Shown one piece after another: positions 59,284-64,000 of a DNA stretch of 64,000 bases. Numbering within the stretch: position 1 is the first letter of the stretch; every line of letters begins with the position of its first letter. Source of the DNA: Neophaeotheca triangularis (taxonomy: Eukaryota); NCBI GenBank assembly GCA_054600435.1, contig BAAIJX010000032.1, forward strand, positions 62,001 to 126,000, given 5' to 3'. Made by a program: the position numbers and the translations under genes. Under the pieces are notes generated by a model, which saw only the letters and a list, made by a program, of their open reading frames with translations, made no database searches and was not told the DNA's origin.

Positions 59284-59892
59284 TGGTCGGAATGACTGCC
59301 AGATGGAGGGAGGGAGGCGTACCTTGAGTCAGTGAGGTCGGAGTGGAAATGATGCATTTCAGGCGCGTGCAGCGATATTACGACAGGGACGAGCAATGTA
59401 ACAATACCCTTGCCATTCTCGGACGGTGTTAGGAGCTCCTGTTTTTGCAAGAAGCCGCATGTTGCTTTCCGGGCCGCTCGATTGCGCTTCCTCAATGATT
59501 GTAAATATAATACAAATCAGCTCTTGCCACACTTTCAAGCGAATCGAGAACACCCATTCCAGCCATAATTCGCAACAACGAGGAAGAAAGCGTTTGAAAC
59601 CCCTTTCTTTCACTCTCGCCCGTCCACCCAACAACCAAGAAATCCATCACGCACGACTTCGACGACCTCTCCTGCGCCCACACACACCCGCTTGGAGAGG
59701 CTTCGACGTCATGAAACCCCTGTCTAACAAGGGAGTAGAAGCAGGTCCATCCCTCACAAGACACGAAGCGGGAAGAAAAAAAAACAGAAAAACCTTTCCC
59801 CTCTGCCTCTCTCCCCGACCACACCGCCCCCCCACCCCTCCATCAATCTCACCCTCACTCTCAAGCCATCCCCCCTAACACCAAAAGCTCAA

Positions 59893-61662
59893 TCACCACC
59901 CATCCCCCCACATCTCCCCCTCGCCAACCACAGCATCCTCCTCGGCAATGGCCGCGCCCCGCCCCACCCTCTCTTCCCGCTCCCTCTGCCTCCTCTCCGC
60001 CCGACTCGCCAGCCGCGGTGTCACGGGCGTCAGCGGCGTGAAGGGCATGTAAGGGCTGTATGGCGTTTGGGAGCCGTTGTTGATACCGTTGTTGGGGAAA
60101 CGGTGGGCGGTGGGGGAGAGGAAGGTTGTTTTGGTCGCGGTTTGCGGGAGGGGGTGGGGGGTTCTTGGGTAGAAGGGCGGGGAGAGTTGGGTTGGGGTTT
60201 GGGTTTGGGTTTGTTGGGTTTGCGCTGCTGCTAGTTGGCGGAAGGGGAGAGGGTTGTTGAGGGCGCCGGCGTTTTGGTGCGGGGGAGGGGGTTTGAGGGG
60301 TTTGGGGGATGAGGGGAGGCCTGGGCTTTGGGGGTCGCGGCGGGTTGAGGCGTGGTCGGTTAGGGTTTGGGCTTCGTTTGTGTAGTTGTAGTTGTTGACG
60401 TTGTTGTTGTTGTTGTTGTTGGAGGGGATGCGATGGGGAACGGGGTGGATTTGATCGGGGTTTTTGGTGTTTAGGGCGGCTTGAGACTCGTTGTTGCTGG
60501 GCCAAGGGTCGTTGTCATTGCCGCTGCCGCTGTCGGCCGTACGGGTCGTGTCGGTGGTATTGGCTGTGGGAGGCTCAGGTGGGACGCCGGGGTCTGCGTA
60601 GAAGCGTGGCGAGAGTGGTGTTCTTGCGCCGTCGGAGTTGTCGTCTGCGGGTAGGGGCGAGGAGATTTTGAGATGGCGCAACGATTTGCGGAATTTGCCC
60701 TTTTTGCCATTCGTTGTCGAATTGGAAGTCACAGTTCTACCACTGCCGACACTGGGAGCGCGCTCAATGGGCCTTGTAGACTCTTGTCGGGGCTGTTGGT
60801 TATAGCTTGGTGACAATGGAGTCGATGGATACTCTGCGTTGACCGGACTGATTGGTGAACAGGGGGCCTCTGGCGCAGCACCGTCAGGAGGATAGATAGC
60901 TCTGTATGGACTCCTCGGCGCATCATTGTTTATCGGACTTGCATGATTCGATGAACGAGGCTGCAGATGCTTCAATCCAGGTGCGTCAGTAATAAGCCTT
61001 GGAGGCTTTTTGCGGGAGTGTCCTGGCGGAGAAGTGTCCTGGGCATTCTCCGAGGGAGTTTCAGCGGCCACTTCTGTTGCAGTTGCCGTGGCCTTGCCGT
61101 CCTTGCGATCATCCTGCGCCATGACTGCGGCATATAATCGCTCCATCTCATCTTGTCGCTTCAATCGGTCGTTCTCGATGACGCTCGGGTCAAAGGATAG
61201 GATTGAGTCCATGCCCGGGCTGGCGGGGTTGCTCGTCACAGATCGCAGACTCGTCGGACCCGTCTTCTTCTTGCCTAAACGGCGGGGACTATACCAGCTC
61301 CTGTTGCTCGTCGCGGGCGACACAGGACTGGGATCGAAATGGCGCACAGTCGGCTTCACCATTTCGGTAGCTCTCGCTCCCGCCATCGTTTGCGCTTTGA
61401 TTCGCGAGCGCCTCCCCACCGTCAAGAGTAAAAGGCCTATGATCAGTACGGTGCCGAAGTAAGATCCTACGATTCCAACGATTTGATAGGGCAGAAGTGA
61501 TCGATCTCGTGAAGCGTTGGCGGAGAGTGGAGGGCCGTCTTCTGGTGCCGGCGCTGGACCCAAATCGATCGAGACGTCCCAGATTCCCGCGTAGACTTGC
61601 GATGCGCTTGCAAGTAATACCGTCGCCGTGTAGCTCAGGTATATAGATCCTCCGCGACCCAT
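59893..61662 (-). CDS. Uncharacterised single-pass membrane protein with a Pro/Ser-rich tail
   Basis: Likely ATG 61662 with signal-peptide-like YTATVLLASASQVYA; TM IVGIVGSYFGTVLIIGLLLLTVG followed by RRSR; long S/T-P-rich tail ending MWGDGW. Confidence 0.8.
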   Translation of the reverse strand: MGRGGSIYLSYTATVLLASASQVYAGIWDVSIDLGPAPAPEDGPPLSANASRDRSLLPYQIVGIVGSYFGTVLIIGLLLLTVGRRSRIKAQTMAGARATEMVKPTVRHFDPSPVSPATSNRSWYSPRRLGKKKTGPTSLRSVTSNPASPGMDSILSFDPSVIENDRLKRQDEMERLYAAVMAQDDRKDGKATATATEVAAETPSENAQDTSPPGHSRKKPPRLITDAPGLKHLQPRSSNHASPINNDAPRSPYRAIYPPDGAAPEAPCSPISPVNAEYPSTPLSPSYNQQPRQESTRPIERAPSVGSGRTVTSNSTTNGKKGKFRKSLRHLKISSPLPADDNSDGARTPLSPRFYADPGVPPEPPTANTTDTTRTADSGSGNDNDPWPSNNESQAALNTKNPDQIHPVPHRIPSNNNNNNNVNNYNYTNEAQTLTDHASTRRDPQSPGLPSSPKPLKPPPPHQNAGALNNPLPFRQLAAAQTQQTQTQTPTQLSPPFYPRTPHPLPQTATKTTFLSPTAHRFPNNGINNGSQTPYSPYMPFTPLTPVTPRLASRAERRQREREERVGRGAAIAEEDAVVGEGEMWGDGW

Positions 61663-62219
61663 GGTATATGGTCGCTTTCGCAGAGACTGTGAAGCTCTGG
61701 ACAAATGTCTGAAACGGAATGGGAAAGTGATTGCAGAGCGGAGGAACTTACAGGGAAATCTATAAGGAGGGCGGTAGGCGCACATGTAAGGTGATGGATT
61801 CTTACCGCTCATCATCGCCTACTCGACTCTCGTCACCGAGATTCGCCTCGCATGGTGGTATGATTGCCAATGGAAGAGGTGTTGTAGAAGATGGTTGGAT
61901 GAAGTTAGGCGCCGCCAAGCCTCGCTAATGTGACCTTAAACTTGAGCGCTTGCAGGACTTGGGGTTTCCTTGAGACTTCAGCTGGGTAAGGTTGAAGGTG
62001 AATAACAGATTGATCGTACTGAACGTGGCACACTTTCGCCAGCATAGTTTCTCGAACATTTATCGAAAGTGGTATAGGTCTTTGATGGTCGCGGTCACAT
62101 CGCCACTCTAGCGCGTCGGTAACTCGGCGTACCTGAAGCACACCTTGGGCACACCTCCAGCCGCGCGATGAGACTGCGGCATGAAGAGCTCTTCATACCG
62201 TTGAAGTCGCTCGTTGAGT

Positions 62220-64000
62220 CTATCCTTGATTATCCGGTGGCGCCCAGCCGTGTAGATACACGACGATTCTTGGTCTCTCCCCGTCATACCCATCTGGTAG
62301 CATCATCAACATGCTCTCGTTCCGTAAGATGCGTCCACCAAAGAGCTCAAGAAATTGTGCACTCCAACCTGTCATCCAATGGGTTCCGGCGAGAGCGCTC
62401 GAAGAAGCAGTGATGGCGTGATCAACCAGTTCCATCAGCTCTTGCCCTTTCTCGCCCGCCACGCCTTGCAAACCATGATCCGGGTCGCCGTAGTCGAGCA
62501 CCAGCTCTTCGATCCAGCGGCTCAGCACCCCCTTCTGATTGATTTTCGACTTGTAGATGTAGCAGATTGCCAGCACCCAGATATCTTCTTCCCACCCTGC
62601 AGCTATGAGCTGCATGGCATCGTCTGTGCCTACGTTGCGGGCGATGCACTCCATGAACTCTTCGTACGTGTCGGGGCCTACTTGCGCCCATGTTGCGAGC
62701 AAGTCCTCTAAAGTTACAAGACCTGATGCTTTGGCTAATGTGTCCGATTCAGGTCTCAGGCTACGTGTAAAGGTCTTCAGCCCGTTGATGGCAGTGTGCA
62801 GAATCTTGATTTGGCCATCGCGGTATATCTTCGCTTGCTGTTGCCTCTCGTTTTGTGGTTCAAAGGAAGGGTGTGTGGCATTGAGCTTCGCGAGTTTCGG
62901 CATCAGCGATTCGACAAGCATACGCGCCAAGAATGGCTGGTAGCGTGGCCGTCCTTCTTTGTCCGGCGAGGTGATGTATCCGACAGGGTTTTCGATGAAT
63001 CTAAACTCGTATCCCCGCTCATGACGAAGGTAGTAGATCAAGAGTTCGAGCAGGGGTCCAGGGAGCTGCTCGAAGATGCTCTCTGCGGTGAAGTCGGCGA
63101 TGATCGGACCGAACACGCGGAATGTTGCTTTGTCGCTCTTCCATTGACATTCTGGGGAGAAATACCCAGGGTGGACTTCCATCAATCGCTCTTGTAAACC
63201 TTCAGGTGGAGGTTTGAGTGTGAGTAAGATCCGGTCGTTTCTATTATCCGGAATGCAAAAGCCGTAACCCAGCAGAAATTCGTCGTTTCCTTTGGCGCCA
63301 TAGTTGTTGTACACTTCGTTGCCCGGTTCAAGCGACTGGTTGGTCGACAAGCTGAAACGACCAGGATCGAAAGACCAGTCGACGTGAGCATTATTTCGGT
63401 GATTGGGCACGTCCAGCACAGGGAAAAGCACCGGAAAGTCAAGGTCATCCGCCGGCACATGGGAAAAGTCCAGAAGTACCGCCTCTCTGCGTCCTGCGTT
63501 GCCAGTCTTGTAGGCTGCCCAGTACTTGCTATCCGGACGCAAAGCTCGAGACGAGAAAGAGCGAGACGTGAACATTGTGACGGCCCAACGAAAAAGATCC
63601 CTGTTCGAGGGTATCAAAATTTATGCACTTACCTGCTTATGTATATTCGAGACTTACCAGGTATAGGGGGCAGTATCGATGCCGGCAGATTGAAGAACAG
63701 ATATCCCAGCCTCGTAGTACTCTCGGTAGATGGCATTACGCTTGACCGCAGTGTGAGAGACATCCGTAGTCTCTAACCACGCAAAGTCTTCGTCAGAGTC
63801 CAAAAACAAAGGGGTCGAGTGACCGTGCTCAGGTCTCGGCAGGCAGTCGAAGTAGGGCTTCCAGAAAGAGGTCTCCTTGTTGACGTACTGAACGGCGAGA
63901 TACCAGAAGCCAATGTTCTCGATCTTCAGCTTGCTGCGGCTGGCTTTGAAGATGGGCCATTTCTCATCGACAAGGGCATTGATATAGGAAAGGGTCAGGC
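62220..64000 (-). CDS. SET-domain protein lysine methyltransferase (Rkm/SETD3-SETD6 type), 5' end outside the window
   Basis: FWKPYFDCLP, intron 63657-63601, WAVTMFTSRSF, LFPVLDVPNH, EVYNNYGAKGNDEFLLGYGF. Confidence 0.9.

Noticed and set aside
1..64000. tRNA, rRNA or snRNA genes
   Set aside because: No cloverleaf, A/B-box or rRNA-like sequence recognised by eye; tRNAscan-SE and Infernal would be needed to exclude them.

Overview
Eukaryotic, intron-containing ascomycete DNA; gene content and style suggest a Dothideomycete, which is inference. Bases 1-~10,565 are a TpA-rich block degraded by RIP (repeat-induced point mutation). It holds several dead genes and a 19-copy higher-order tandem array near its right edge. 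Reading TAA/TAG as CAA/CAG/TGG restores one minus-strand frame of about 1,000 codons (5,660-~8,760). That frame carries a Ulp1/C48-protease-like domain with Ser at the catalytic Cys, a winged-helix-like segment, a serine-recombinase (resolvase)-like domain and a C-terminal GATA-like C4 finger. It is the first gene inside the array-bearing end, so the best candidate for an undescribed system is a large cargo-carrying fungal mobile element led by a serine-recombinase-like protein. The remaining ~53 kb is gene-dense core genome: STT3, NSA2, a bZIP with a hydrophobic segment, a Sel1-repeat protein, an F-box protein, ABP1, Borealin/Nbl1, RPN10, TAF1, a REX1-type exonuclease, a MetE-like enzyme, a SAM methyltransferase, a partial SET-domain gene and four uncharacterised genes. 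Many genes show an abrupt switch from C/A-rich to G/T-rich sequence. All domain calls are by eye; no database search was run.
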